Below are positions 1 to 12,959 of a stretch of DNA of 64,000 nucleotides, one piece after another (position 1 is the stretch's first letter; every line of letters begins with the position of its first letter). Below the pieces are notes generated by a model, which was not told where the DNA came from, searched no databases, and worked only from the letters and a program-made list of their open reading frames with translations. A program made the translations under genes and the position numbers. The stretch is from Candidatus Dormiibacterota bacterium (GTDB lineage Bacteria > Chloroflexota > Dormibacteria > Aeolococcales > Aeolococcaceae). The stretch covers positions 18,219-82,218 of the forward strand of contig CAWFUO010000010.1 in NCBI GenBank assembly GCA_963819095.1, read 5' to 3'.

Positions 1-219
1 CGCACCGAGGTCGAGGACATTCTCGACACGCTGACGCCGCGCGAACGTCGCGTGCTGCAGCTGCGATTCGGGCTCATCGACGGCCATCAGCGCACGCTCG
101 AAGAGGTGGGCAAGCGCTTCGGCGTCACGCGCGAACGCATCCGCCAGATCGAGGCGAAAGCGCTGCGCAAGCTGCGCCATCCCTCGCGGTCCAAGAAGCT
201 CAAGGACTACCTCGAGTAG
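1..219 (+). CDS. rpoD: Primary RNA polymerase sigma-70 factor, C-terminal region 4 (5' truncated by window)
   Basis: Frame 1 reads [72 protein letters not shown], the canonical SigA C-terminus. Confidence 0.95.
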   Translation, partial: RTEVEDILDTLTPRERRVLQLRFGLIDGHQRTLEEVGKRFGVTRERIRQIEAKALRKLRHPSRSKKLKDYLE

Positions 220-300
220 ACTGCGCGGCTCGGTCGCCGGCTGCGACGAATCGTGATCGTGGAGGCACGGTGCGTCACGGCAGGTAGACTTGAGTCATGA

Positions 301-372
301 TCCGGGTTAGCTCAGCGGTAGAGCAGGCGGCTGTTAACCGCAAGGCCACTGGTTCGAATCCAGTACCCGGAG
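301..372 (+). tRNA. tRNA-Asn(GTT), CCA not encoded
   Basis: Cloverleaf: TCCGGGT/ACCCGGA acceptor, GCTC/GAGC D stem, CT-GTT-AA loop, GGTTCGAATCC T arm; TAGACT -10-like box just upstream. Confidence 0.95.
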
Positions 373-436
373 CGTCGACGTCCCACTAGCAGCACGCGGC
401 ATCGCCCGAGGCGGCGCCGTACACGAGGAACACGGG

Positions 437-1308
437 ATGACCGAGACCGCATCGCGGCCGGGCACCACGCCCGCTGTCACGACCCTGACCGCGCCCGAGA
501 CCGCAGGGCGTCGCCCTGGCCGACCAGGCGCCGACGCCCGCCGACATGGGCTTGGCCCCTGTCGGTGCCCGCGTCCGCACCCCCGGAGGATGCCGTGCAC
601 GACGGCGACGAGGAGGAGCACCTCATCGACGGGAGCGCGATGCCGCCGCCGGTCGAAACGCCCGAGGCGGATCCAACCGAGGTCACGGTCGTGGCCGGCG
701 ATCACGACGCCCGAGAAAGCACTGCCCAAGGTCACGTCGTTCGGGCCGCCCGGCAAGCACCGCTCAACGATCGCGATCGTCGTGCTGTCGATCGTGACGC
801 TCGGTATGTACAGCCTCGTCTGGCACCACCGCATCAACCGCGAGGTCGGCAACTTCGATACGCGCATGCACGTCATCCCCGGCCGCTCCACGCTCGCGGT
901 GACGATCCCGTGGGCGCTCGGCTGGCTGGTGAGCATCGCCGGTGCGGTGAGGATCGTGCTTGCGGTCGCCAATGTCACGCCTGCCGTTCGACCCGCACTT
1001 CATCGGTGCTGCAGGCATACGCGCTGCTCGGCGGATTCCTGCTGATCCCCTACCTCGAGCTGCTGCTGCCGTTCAGCGCGGTCGCCATAGTGATGACCCT
1101 CGAGCGCGTGCGCATCGTCGAGGATCGGATGTTGCGCACCACCGATGTGCAGCTGCGTCCGACACGTGCAATCTGCTGGATGCTGCTGCCGGTTGCGGGC
1201 GGCTTGATTCTCATGGCAATCATCCAGCGACGTCTCAACCGCGCCTGGGAGGACGACATGGCGGCGGCACCTGCGGTGCGCCCGACAGTGCGGGTGGCTC
1301 CAAGCTGA
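437..1308 (+). CDS. DUF4234-like membrane protein (apparent frameshifts)
   Basis: Segment IVVLSIVTLGMYSLVWHHRINREV plus later TM helices ending IIQRRLNRAW, split across ORFs 437..1045 and 565..1308. Confidence 0.55.
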
Positions 1309-1380
1309 CCGTCACTGCCGACTGCCTCGCCCACTCTCGTGTGCCGGTTGCGACGGGCTGCACTAGACTAACCGGTCGCG

Positions 1381-2172
1381 GTGGCTGTTTCGATCGCCTG
1401 TATTTCCGGAAAGGGCGGGGTGGGAAAGACGACCACCTGCGCGTCCCTGGCGGCTGTGTTCGCGGAGCGCGGACGGCGCGTGCTTGCCGTCGACATGGAT
1501 CCGCAGTCCAACCTGACCTCCGGGCCTCGGGTTCAATCCGTATTCGCTCACGCACACCGTCGCCGACGCGATTCTCGAGCCTGAGCAGTCCGTCGACGAG
1601 CTGATCGTCCGCACCAAGTGGCCCGGCCTGCATCTGCTTCCCGCCAACCCCGATCTGAGCGCGGTGGAGGCGGGGTTGCCGACCACGCTCGACTCGGAGA
1701 CGCGTCTGCGTCGCGCGCTCGATCGTGATTGCCGTGACTATGACTTCATCCTCTTCGACACGCCGCCGAGCTTTGCGTTTCACACCATCAGCGTTCTTGC
1801 CGCCGACTGATTTCATCGTGATTCCAATGCAGATGTCGGGATACGCGGTGAAGGGGCTCAAGGAGACGCTGCGCTCCGTGCACCACGTGCGCCAGGAGTT
1901 GAATCCGGACCTGCGCGTGCTCGGGTCTGCTGCCGACATTCGTCGTGATGCGCACGCGGTTCTCGCGAGATCTGCTCGACGGATTGCGCGCGATCCCCAA
2001 CCTGCGTGTCTTCAACACGATCATCAAGGTGACGGTGCGCCTGCAGGAGTCGGCGCTGGCCGGCGAACCGGTGACGGTGATGGCGCCGTCCTCGGAGGCG
2101 GCCGCGGCATACCGCTCGTTCGCCGACGAGGTGCTTGCCGCGCTCATCGCCGAAGGTGAGCGTGGTGTCTGA
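1381..2172 (+). CDS. ParA/Soj family ATPase (apparent frameshifts)
   Basis: Deviant Walker [30 protein letters not shown]; pieces in three frames. Confidence 0.85.
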
Positions 2173-2450
2173 GGTCCGCTCACCGCGCCGGCGGCGCAGC
2201 GTCGCCGTCGCGCCGGCGCTGCTCGACCCGGCCGAGCTCCCGGAGGATGCGGCCGGACGCGTGCGAGCTGATCACGGTCGAAGCCCCGGCCGACATCGTC
2301 GACGGCCGCGGCGCCGCTGCCTCCCACGGTGCGCGCGGCCGTCGTTCGCTCGCTCGCGGCCGGCGATGGCTGGATCCGGTGGCCGTTGCCGGCGTCGTGA
2401 TCGTGGTCATCTTCGTCGTCGGGATGCTGCTGACCCGGTACCTGACACTC
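2165..2450 (+). CDS. Small single-pass membrane protein (boundaries uncertain)
   Basis: RRWLDPVAVAGVVIVVIFVVGMLLTRY hydrophobic helix; start overlaps the parA stop; frame unclear. Confidence 0.35.
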
Positions 2451-2463
2451 ATGGCCGCGACAA

Positions 2464-2484
2464 ATACACAGATTTGTGTATACT
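2464..2484 (+). promoter_or_regulatory. Palindromic operator-like site overlapping a TATACT -10 box upstream of radC
   Basis: ATACACA-GATT-TGTGTAT inverted repeat (2464-2481); TATACT at 2479-2484; GTG 6 nt downstream. Confidence 0.5.
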
Positions 2485-2490
2485 GTGGGC

Positions 2491-3116
2491 GTGCAGACCG
2501 AAGCCGATCGGCGAACCGGCGAGGCCGAGTTGCTTGCCCGGGCGCTGGGAGGCTGCATCGCCGGCGGCTGAGCTGAGCGCGGTCGCGAACCGCGTCGCGC
2601 GCATCCCGTGGTGGGAGCGGCGCGCGCTCGACGCGGCCGGGCTCATGCGCGAGCACGGCGTCCCGCGCGAGCGGGCCGAGCGGCTCGCCGCGATGTGGGA
2701 GCTCGCCGAGCGCTGGACCGAGGACGACCGGCCCGGCGATCGGGTCACCGCGCGACGCGCTGCTCATGCTCGACGGGCTGCGTCGCGCGCGCCGCGAGCA
2801 GGTGGTGGTGCTGCTGCTCGACGCGCGCCACCGCCCCATCAGGCTCGAGACGGTCGCCGTCGGGACCATCAACGCGTCGCGGCTGCAGCCGCGCGATGTC
2901 TTCGGTCCGGCGCTGCGCAGCGATGCGGTTGCAGTCATCATCGGCCATAACCATCCGAGCGGCGATCCGTCGCCGAGCCGCGCCGACCGCGTGGTCACCG
3001 CGGCACTGCGCAGCGCGGGCGTCCTGCTCGGCGTGCCCGTGCTCGATCACCTGATCGTCGCCCGGCGCGGTCACCATTCCTTCCGCGAGACGGAAGGCTG
3101 GGACGACGCCGCCTGA
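2491..3116 (+). CDS. radC: RadC/JAB-domain protein (apparent frameshifts)
   Basis: EQVVVLLLDARHR...GTINASRLQPRDVF...GHNHPSGDPSPSRADRVVT...LDHLIV JAB motif. Confidence 0.85.
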
Positions 3117-3119
3117 CCG

Positions 3120-4316
3120 TCAGCCGAACGCGTTCTCGCCGGTGAGTTCCTTGCCGATGATGAGCGTGTGCACTTCCTCGGTGCCCTCGTAGGTGAGCAC
3201 CGACTCGAGGTTGGCCATGTGCCGCGATACCGGGTACTCGAGCGTGATGCCGTTGGCGCCGAGGATGGTGCGCGCGCTCCGCGCGATGTCGAGTGCGGCG
3301 CGCACGTTGGCGCGCTTGGTGATCGACACCTGCACCGGATGCAGCCGTCCCTCGTCCTTGAGCGTCGCCGAGGCGGTGGGCGAGCAGGCGTCCCTGCACG
3401 ATCGAGGTCGCCATGTCGGCGAGCTTCTGCTGCGTGAGCTGCATCGCGCCGATCGGCTTGCCGAAGGCGCGGCGCGTCTTGCTGTACTCGAGCGCGGACT
3501 CGAAGCAGGCGCGCGCCGCACCCATGGCGCCCCAGCCGATCCCGAAGCGCGCCTCGTTGAGGCACGACAGCGGTCCGCGCATGCCGGTGACCTCCGGGAG
3601 CACCGCGCTGTCGGGCAGGCGCACCGAGTCGAACGACAGCTCCGAGGTCACCGATGCGCGCAGCGAGAGCTTGTTGTGCACGTCCGACGTCGTGAAGCCG
3701 CGCGTGCCGCGTTCGACGAGGAATCCGCGGACGCCGCGCGTCGGTCGCCGCCCACACCACGGCGATGTCGGCCATCGAGCCGTTGGTGATCCACATCTTG
3801 GTGCCGTCGAGCATCCAGTCATCACCGTCGCGCCGCGCCGAGGTGCGCATCGACGAGGGATCCGATCCCGCGTCCGGCTCGGTGAGCCCGAAGCAGCCGA
3901 TGGCGCGGCCGGCGGCCATCTCGGGCAGCCAGCGCGCCTTCTGCTCGTCGCTGCCGTACGCCCAGATCGGGAACATCGCGAGCGAGCCCTGCACGGACAC
4001 GAAGGAGCGCAGGCCGCTGTCGCCGGCCTCGAGCTCCTCGGACGCGACCCCGTAGGCGGTCGCCGACGTTCCGGCGCAGCCGTGGCCGTGGAGGTGCATG
4101 CCGAGCAGACCGAGCTCGGCGATCTCCGGGATCAGCTCGCGCGGGAAGGTCCCGGCTTCGAAGTGCTCCGGGATCACCGGCAGCGCCCGCTCGCGGACGA
4201 AGGTGCGGACGGTGTCGCGGATCAGGCGCTCGTCGTCGCCGAGCAGGTCGTCGACGGCGAAGAGGTCGGACGGGAGCAAGCGCACGTGTCCGCGGAGCGC
4301 GCTCGGTGACGGCCAT
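3120..4316 (-). CDS. Acyl-CoA dehydrogenase, glutaryl-CoA dehydrogenase-like (apparent frameshifts)
   Basis: GCFGLTEPDAGSDP, KMWITNGS, LESVLTYEGTEEVH across three frames. Confidence 0.85.
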
Positions 4317-4337
4317 GCGCTCAGGGTACCCGGTTGA

Positions 4338-4756
4338 CTACGCGGCGACCGGCATCCCGGCATCGACGAGCTGCCGGCGGAGCACCTCCCCGGTGGCGAA
4401 CCCGACGTTGATGTCGGTCACCTGGCCGGCCGCGTCGAGAACGATGGTCGTCGGCAGGGACATGACCCGGTATTGGCGCGCCAGGTCGGGCTCGACCGCG
4501 ATATCGATCTCGCGGATCTCGATCGCCGTGATCCGATCCGCAGCGAGCGCGCGCAGGGCGGGCCGTTGCGCGGTGTGGCAGATGGTGCAGGCCTCGCCGG
4601 TGAAGTACAGGATGGAGGGCAGCTGCCGGCGTGCGCGGCGCGGGCTCGACGACGCTGCCGACGAGCTCGCGCTGACCACCACGCTGGACCCGAAGCAGCA
4701 GCGCCGCCCCGCCGACCACCGCCACGCGCGATCAGCGGCGCGAGCAGCAGGATCAT
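4338..4756 (-). CDS. Thioredoxin-family protein with N-terminal membrane anchor
   Basis: FTGEACTICH CxxC and VMSLPTT cis-Pro loop; ATGA overlap with the upstream gene. Confidence 0.75.
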
Positions 4757-5219
4757 CGCGCCGGTTCGCGCGCGAGCGGGAGCAGCCCGATCCGGACGAG
4801 CTGCGCGTACATGATGCAGCCGACGCAGATGTTGAAGGCGAAGTTGAGGAAGGCGAGCGCGGCGACGATCCAGGCCAGCACCCACGCCACGCGAGCAGGA
4901 ACCCGGTGACCACGAAGATGCTGGCGGCGGCGAGGAACACGCCGCCGACGCAGCTGCGCGAAGCGGTGCGGCGCCGGGTCCTCCTGGGCGATCCGGGGCT
5001 TGACGATCCCGGCCGGCTTGAGCCAGCGCAGGTAGAGCAGGCGGGGCACGTTGAACGACGGTGAGGCAACCGCGGCCAGCATCATCACGCGCGAGAACGG
5101 GCAGCACCCAGGCGAGCGGCTGGATAGACGAGCCCGACCACGTAGCCGGCGACGATGACGCTCATCAGGATCGCCTGATTGACCTTGAGGACGCTGCGGT
5201 CGAAGGCGACGACTGCCAT
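4753..5219 (-). CDS. DUF4395 membrane protein (apparent frameshifts)
   Basis: EDPAPHRFAQ and FLNFAFNICVGC motifs; typical DUF4395-thioredoxin pairing. Confidence 0.75.
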
Positions 5220-5324
5220 GCGTCCGAAATCATACCGCGCCGGTCAGGTATTGCAGGGCGGCCGCCCGGACTGCGAAATGCCAGAGTCGGCGCTCGCTCA
5301 GCCTCGACGCTGTTGGAGGTGTTC

Positions 5325-5911
5325 GTGACGCCGGAAGGACCGGCCGCACTCGGCCGCGAGGATATCCGCGTCGGCGACGCCTATGAGCTCGTCCGCGGGG
5401 ACGAGCGCCATCGCGTCGCCGAGCTGAAGCGCTTCCGCCGGATCCACCTCGGCGACACCCTCGCCCTGGTCTTCGAGAACCGCGAGACGATCCGCTCGAC
5501 CCTCGAGGAGGCGCTTCGCACCGAGCGGATCGACGATCCGGACCGGGTCGCGCGCCGAGATCGCGGCGTTCAACGGCGTGCATGCCGGGGCCAGGTCAGC
5601 TCGCCGCCGTGCTCTTCCTCGAGGTGGCGGACCCTGCCGATCTCGCCGCTGCCGCGACGCGGCTCGAAGGTGTCGAGCACACCGTCTTCATCGAGGTCGC
5701 CGGGACGCGGGTCGCGAGGTGTTCCCGAGGAGGTGTCGCCACCCGGCGAGAGCGCTGCCGGCGCACTATCTGCGCTTCAGCCTCGATCCCGATCAGCGCG
5801 CGGCCGATCGTCAGCGGATCGGCCGTCGCCGCGGGCAGCGATCACCCGAACCTCGACGTCGACCGTCCCGCTCGACGAGGACCAGCGCGGGCAATCGCCG
5901 CCGACCTCTGA
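5325..5911 (+). CDS. DUF3501 family protein (apparent frameshifts)
   Basis: LKRFRRIHLGDTLALVFENRETIR...EALRTERI, HYLRF, DHPN motifs; GGAGGT RBS. Confidence 0.7.
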
Positions 5912-5924
5912 CGCCCGGCGCGCG

Positions 5925-7038
5925 TCAGCGCGATGCGGCGCGGGCTGCGCAGGGCGACCTCCTGGTACACCGTCGGCGGTCATCGCCGCTGTTCGCTCCC
6001 AGGTGTAGCCCGGCCGCTCGGTCGACGCCTGCGTGGCGCATGCGCGCGGCGCGAACCGGTTCGGTGAGCACCGAATCGACGCTGCGGCGAGGGCCCCGGG
6101 ATCTCCAGGCGGCACCAGGACGGCGACGTCGAGGGTGAGCCGGGCAGGTTCCCGACCGAGGTCGCGACCAGCGGCGCCGCCGACGCCATGGCCTCGAGCG
6201 CGGTCAGCCCGAAGCCCTCGTGGGTCGACGGCAGAACGACGACGGCCGCCTGGCGGTAGAGCGATGCGAGGTCGGCGTCATCGACCGGCGCCGCACAGCA
6301 CGACGCGGACGTGCCGCCTCCAGGCGTCAGCCGCGAGCCGGTCCGCCTCCGGCCCGAGCGCCCCGACGAGGGCCAGCGGTGGGCCTCCGCCCGGGAGCCG
6401 TTCCATCGCCTCGAGCAGCGTGTCGAGCCCCTTGCGCGGATCGCGCGACCGCATGCTCCCACCCAGAGCACGAAGGGCTCGTCGAGGCCCAGGGCCTCTG
6501 CGACGCGGGCGTCGCGCGAGCTTCGGGCCGCGCCGAGAACACCGGGCCGACCCCGAGGGGCACGACGTGGATCCGAGCCGGGTCGAGACCGAGCGTCGTC
6601 GATCGCCTCGGTGCGCGTTGTCCTCGCTCACGGCGATGATCGCGGCGCACGCCCCGATGACCGGTGCGAGCAGGGCTGCATACAGGCGGCGTGCGAGCGA
6701 GGATCCCGACCCGGCCGCCGCGCCACATCTCGACGTCGTGCAGGGTCACCACCTGGCGGGAGGTCGGGAAAGCCGATGACCGGCTCGCCGCCGAGCCCGT
6801 GGACCAGGTGCGGATGCGGGCCACGCGCCTCGGACAGCACGTGCGGCTGCGCGCGCAGGAACCGCGCGGGACGCGCCTCGCTCCACGGCGGCGACGGGGG
6901 GACCGACGGCGTGATCTCGAGACCCGGCGCAGCCGCGCAGGGCCTCGATCAGCTGGCGCGCGTAGCGTCCGATCCCGGCGTCCCGGCGGCCGTCCCGAGG
7001 CAGCTCGCCTCGAGCAGGACGCGAAGAGGTCTCTGCAT
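5925..7038 (-). CDS. Glycosyltransferase family 4 (multiple apparent frameshifts)
   Basis: VVTLHDV, DPRKGLDTLLEA, LPSTHEGFGLTALEAMA (EX7E motif). Confidence 0.8.
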
Positions 7039-7081
7039 CGAGGCTTTGTAGCAGGCTCGGTGCATCGGCACCGCTGGCACA

Positions 7082-9261
7082 ATGGGTTCGATGCCGAACT
7101 CCCGTTCCCTCATGCCGTTCACCGCTCTGGTCGGCCAGGAGGCGATGAAGACCGCGCTGGTCCTCAACGCCATCAATCCCGGCATCGGCGGCGTGCTCAT
7201 CCGCGGTCAGCGGGGGACCGCCAAGTCCACCGCCGTTCGGGCGCTTGCCCGGCTGCTCCCCGAGATCGACGTGATCGTCGGATGCCGCTATCGCTGCGAT
7301 CCCGCGGCACCGGCGACGTGGTGCGATGACTGCCGGGCACGAGCCGAGACCGGCGACGTCCCCGCGCGTCGAAAGCCGGCGCACGCGGGTCGTCGAGCTG
7401 CCGGTCAACGCATCCGAGGATCGCGTCGTCGGCACCATCGACACCGAGGCGGCGATCAAGCTCGGCGAGCGGCGCTTCGAGCCCGGGCTTCTCGCCGACG
7501 CCAATCGCGGGATCCTCTACGTCGACGAGGTGAACCTGCTCGACGATCACATCGTCGACGTCCTCCTCGACGCCGCGGCCATGGGATGGAACGTCGTCGA
7601 ACGCGAGGGCATCTCGTTCTCCCATCCGTCGCGATTCATCCTCGTCGGGACGATGAATCCCGAGGAGGGTGAGCTTCGCCCGCAGCTGCTGGATCGATTC
7701 GGTCTCTGCGTCGACATCACCGGGCTCCGGGACCTCGACGAGCGGGTCCGCATCATGGAGCGCGATTCGCGCGGAAGCCAGGACGGCGCCGGCCTGGAGC
7801 GGAGTTCGCGACCAGCGAGGATCACCTCCAGGCGGTGATCCAGGAGGCGAAGCGGCTGCTGCCGCAGCGTGGAGATCACGCCGACGATCGGCTGGTTCAT
7901 CGCGCTGGTGTGCATCGACGCCGGCGCGCTCGGGCATCGCGCGGACATCGTGGTGAGCAGCGCGGCACGCACGGTGCGTGCCTGGGACGAAGCCGAGCAA
8001 CTGGTGCGTGCCCGCGCGCTGGGGGTGGCCGCCGAGGCGGCCGACCGCCTCGTCGTGACCACCGCCGACGCCACGACGGCCGCCGAGCTCGCGCTGGCGC
8101 ACCGCCGCCGCAGCCGGCAGGACGGCGTGGCCGCAGCCGGGGGGCGCCGCCGCAGAGCGCGCCAGGGAGCGGTTCGAGGAGATCGCCCAGGAGGCGGAGG
8201 CGGCGGTCGTCTCCGAGCAGACCACCGAGGCGGGCGAGCAGCCGCCGGACGATTCCGGCAGCGGCGAGGAAGGCGAGAGCCCCGGCCAGGTGCAGGGGAG
8301 CGAGCAGGCCACCCAGGCGGTGACCCGGCGCAGCGCCGAGCAGCTCTTCGAGGGCGAGATCTTCCCGGTGCGCAAGATCGCCCTGCCCCGCGACCGCCGC
8401 AGCCGGTCCACGACCGGCAAGCGAAGCTCATCGCAGAGCAGCGACAAGCGCGGCCGCTACGTTCGCGCGACGCAGACCGAGAAGACCACCGACATCGCCT
8501 TCGACGCCACCATGCGCGCCGCGGCGCCGCACCAGGTCCGGCGCCGTGCCGAGGAGCCGGCGGACAGGGTCGGCCCGGCGCTCCACCTCGAGCGCCAGGA
8601 TCTCCGCCAGAAGGTGCGCCACCGCCGGACCGGCACGCTGATCGTGTTCGTCGTCGACGCCAGCGCGTCGATGGACGCCGAGCAGCGGATGCAGGCGACC
8701 AAGGGTGCGGTGCTGTCGCTGCTCCGCGACGCATACCTGCGCCGCGACAAGGTGTCGCTCGTGGTCTTCTCGGGCCGCGCCGCGCGTGTCGTCCTCCAGC
8801 CCACGTCGTCGGTGGACCTCGCGGAGCAGCGGCTGCAGCGCCTCACCGTCGGTGGCACGACACCGCTGACGCACGGGCTCGTCGCCGGGCTCCGGATCGT
8901 CCGCACCGAGCGTTTGCGCGACCCGAGCGTCTATCCGCTGATGGTGCTGATCAGCGATGGACGGGGCAACATCTCGCTCTTCGGCGAGGAACCGCTCGTC
9001 GAGGCGCAACGCGTCGCGGAGCAGCTCGGCGCCGACGGCGTGCACATGCTGGTCATCGACTCGGCGCGCGATCACACCACGCGACCGATGCCCCGCGTCG
9101 GGGCCCACAGCCGCCCGCCGCTCTTCGGCGGCTATGGATTCAATGCCTGCCGCGACCTCGCCGACCGCGCCGGGGGCGAATATCTCGGCCTCTACGATCT
9201 CTCCCAGGGGGCGATCGTCGAGGGCGTCGAGAAGACACTTCGAGGTCGCATGGCACAATGA
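7082..9261 (+). CDS. Class I chelatase D-like subunit (AAA+ / acidic linker / vWA), apparent frameshifts
   Basis: [34 protein letters not shown]; C-terminal v[23 protein letters not shown]. Confidence 0.85.
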
Positions 9262-10323
9262 AAGTGATGCAGACAGGAAGAAGCGTGTTCCCGTTCACCG
9301 CGATCGTGGGACAGGACCTCATGAAACAGGCGCTGATTCTCAACGCGATCAATCCCGCGATCGGCGGCGTGCTGATTCGCGGCGAGAAGGGCACCGCGAA
9401 ATCGACGGCAGTCCGCTCGCTGACAAAACTCCTGCCAGGGCTTGACGTCGTGGCCGATTGCCGCTACGGCTGCCCACCCGATGACGCCGACCTGCAATGC
9501 TGCGAATGCACCGAGCGCGTGGAGAACGGCGAGACGCTGCCGCGCGGACGGCGCCGGATGCGCGTGGTGGAGCTGCCCATCAACGCGTCCGAGGATCGCG
9601 TGGTCGGCGCGATCGACATCGAGGCCGCGATCAAGCGCGGCGAGAAGGAGTTCGAGCCGGGCGTGCTCGCCGAGGCGAACCGCAACATCCTCTACGTCGA
9701 CGAGGTGAACCTGCTCGACGATCACATCGTCGACGTGCTCCTCGATGCCGCCGCGATGGGGCAGAACACCGTCGAGCGCGAGGGGGTGTCGGTGTCGCAT
9801 CCGTCGCGCTTCATCCTCGTCGGCACCATGAACCCCGAGGAGGGCGAGCTGCGTCCGCAGCTGCTCGACCGTTTCGGGCTTGTGCGTCGACGTCGAGGGC
9901 ATTCGCGACGTTCGCCAGCGCGTGGAGATCGTCGAGCGTCGCGAGGCGTTCGAAGAGGATCCCACCGCGTTCGCCGCGCGTTTCGAACCCGCCGAGCAGG
10001 CCGAGGCGGATCGCATCGCGCGTGCGATGTCGATGCTCTCCGACGTGGTCGTCGATCGCAACATCCTGGTGGCCATCGCCGCGCTCAGCATCGAGCTCGA
10101 GGTTGACGGCCACCGCGCCGACATCGTCACGCGCAAGGCGGCGCAGGCGCTTGCCGCGCACGAGGATCGCGCTGCGGTAGGGATCGACGACGTCGAGCAT
10201 GTCGCGCCGATGGTGCTGGCGCATCGAGTCAAGCCGGGACTCTCGGGGAGCCGGCGCGGGCTGACCGATCTTGCGGAGATTCTGCGCACCGCCCACGACG
10301 GCAACGGCGCGCTCCAAGACTAG
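9258..10323 (+). CDS. Class I chelatase I-like AAA+ subunit (one apparent frameshift near 9880)
   Basis: [56 protein letters not shown]; ATGA overlap with upstream gene. Confidence 0.88.
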
Positions 10324-10340
10324 GAATCCCTCCGCACCGC

Positions 10341-12147
<1,807 letters not shown>

Positions 12148-12158
12148 GTGGACGCCTG

Positions 12159-12959
12159 ATGCCACGGCCGAACCCGCCCCGCAAGCGTCCGCGCCGCCGC
12201 CCTGACTCGGTGGAGCGGTCCACCCGCGCCGAGGTCTCGCTGGCCAGGCAGACCGCCCAGGTCAAGGAGAAGAACGGCTCGGACCCCAAGCAGCAATCGA
12301 GCGCGAAGGCGGCCGCCGCGAAGCCGCGTCCGGCCCTCAAGGGCGCCGCCGCCCGCGCCCAGCGGCTCAACGAGCCGTACATCCCGTGGGCAAAGCGATC
12401 GTACGCGATCCTCATCGTCCTGATGGCCGCGGGCGAGCTGATCATCGGTTCGCTGGCGTACTTCACGCTCTCTGGAACCAAGCCGAACTTTGGGATCTTC
12501 CTGCTCGGGATCAATGCGGACAGCCTCGGACCGCTCATCGCGGTGGCCGCCGCGCTGGTGGCGGCGCAGGCCGCGAAGTACATCACCAAGGAGTCGCGGT
12601 CGCTGCGCTTCATGGAGACGGCGATGGCCGGGGTCACCCAGTACTTCATCTGGTTCGCGCTGTTCGTCGGACTCCTGTACCTGTTCGGGCTGAGCGGCGC
12701 GAAAGGCGCAGCCACCAACAGCTTTGAGCCGCTCGAGATCGCCGGCCTTGCGTTCATCGACATCGTCAGCTTCGTGGCCGCGTACTTCATCTACCCGCCG
12801 CTCTACCGGCGGATGCGCATCAAGCCGCCGCCACCGCGCGTGCCTCGTCAACCCAAGCCTGAGAAGCCGGAGCCGGCGGCGAAGGCCCCGAAGTCGATGG
12901 TCGACAAGATGGACGACGCCGCCGCGCGCAATCACGAGGCGAAGGACACCAGCGCGTGA
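12159..12959 (+). CDS. Hypothetical multi-pass membrane protein with basic Lys/Arg/Pro-rich termini
   Basis: Clean ORF between lepA and hemW, about 4 hydrophobic helices, overlaps the hemW start. Confidence 0.7.
   Translation: MPRPNPPRKRPRRRPDSVERSTRAEVSLARQTAQVKEKNGSDPKQQSSAKAAAAKPRPALKGAAARAQRLNEPYIPWAKRSYAILIVLMAAGELIIGSLAYFTLSGTKPNFGIFLLGINADSLGPLIAVAAALVAAQAAKYITKESRSLRFMETAMAGVTQYFIWFALFVGLLYLFGLSGAKGAATNSFEPLEIAGLAFIDIVSFVAAYFIYPPLYRRMRIKPPPPRVPRQPKPEKPEPAAKAPKSMVDKMDDAAARNHEAKDTSA

Noticed and set aside
8100-8165. Programmed frameshift in the chlD-like gene at a G6 run just after the AAA+ domain
   Set aside because: Programmed frameshifting is known for chlD, but a separate I-like gene is present, no A-rich slippery site is seen, and local indel noise is high; only reads could revive this
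7869-10106. 745-aa ORF apparently fusing the chelatase genes
   Set aside because: Its middle is off-frame Arg/Ala-rich text; the real vWA domain is in another frame
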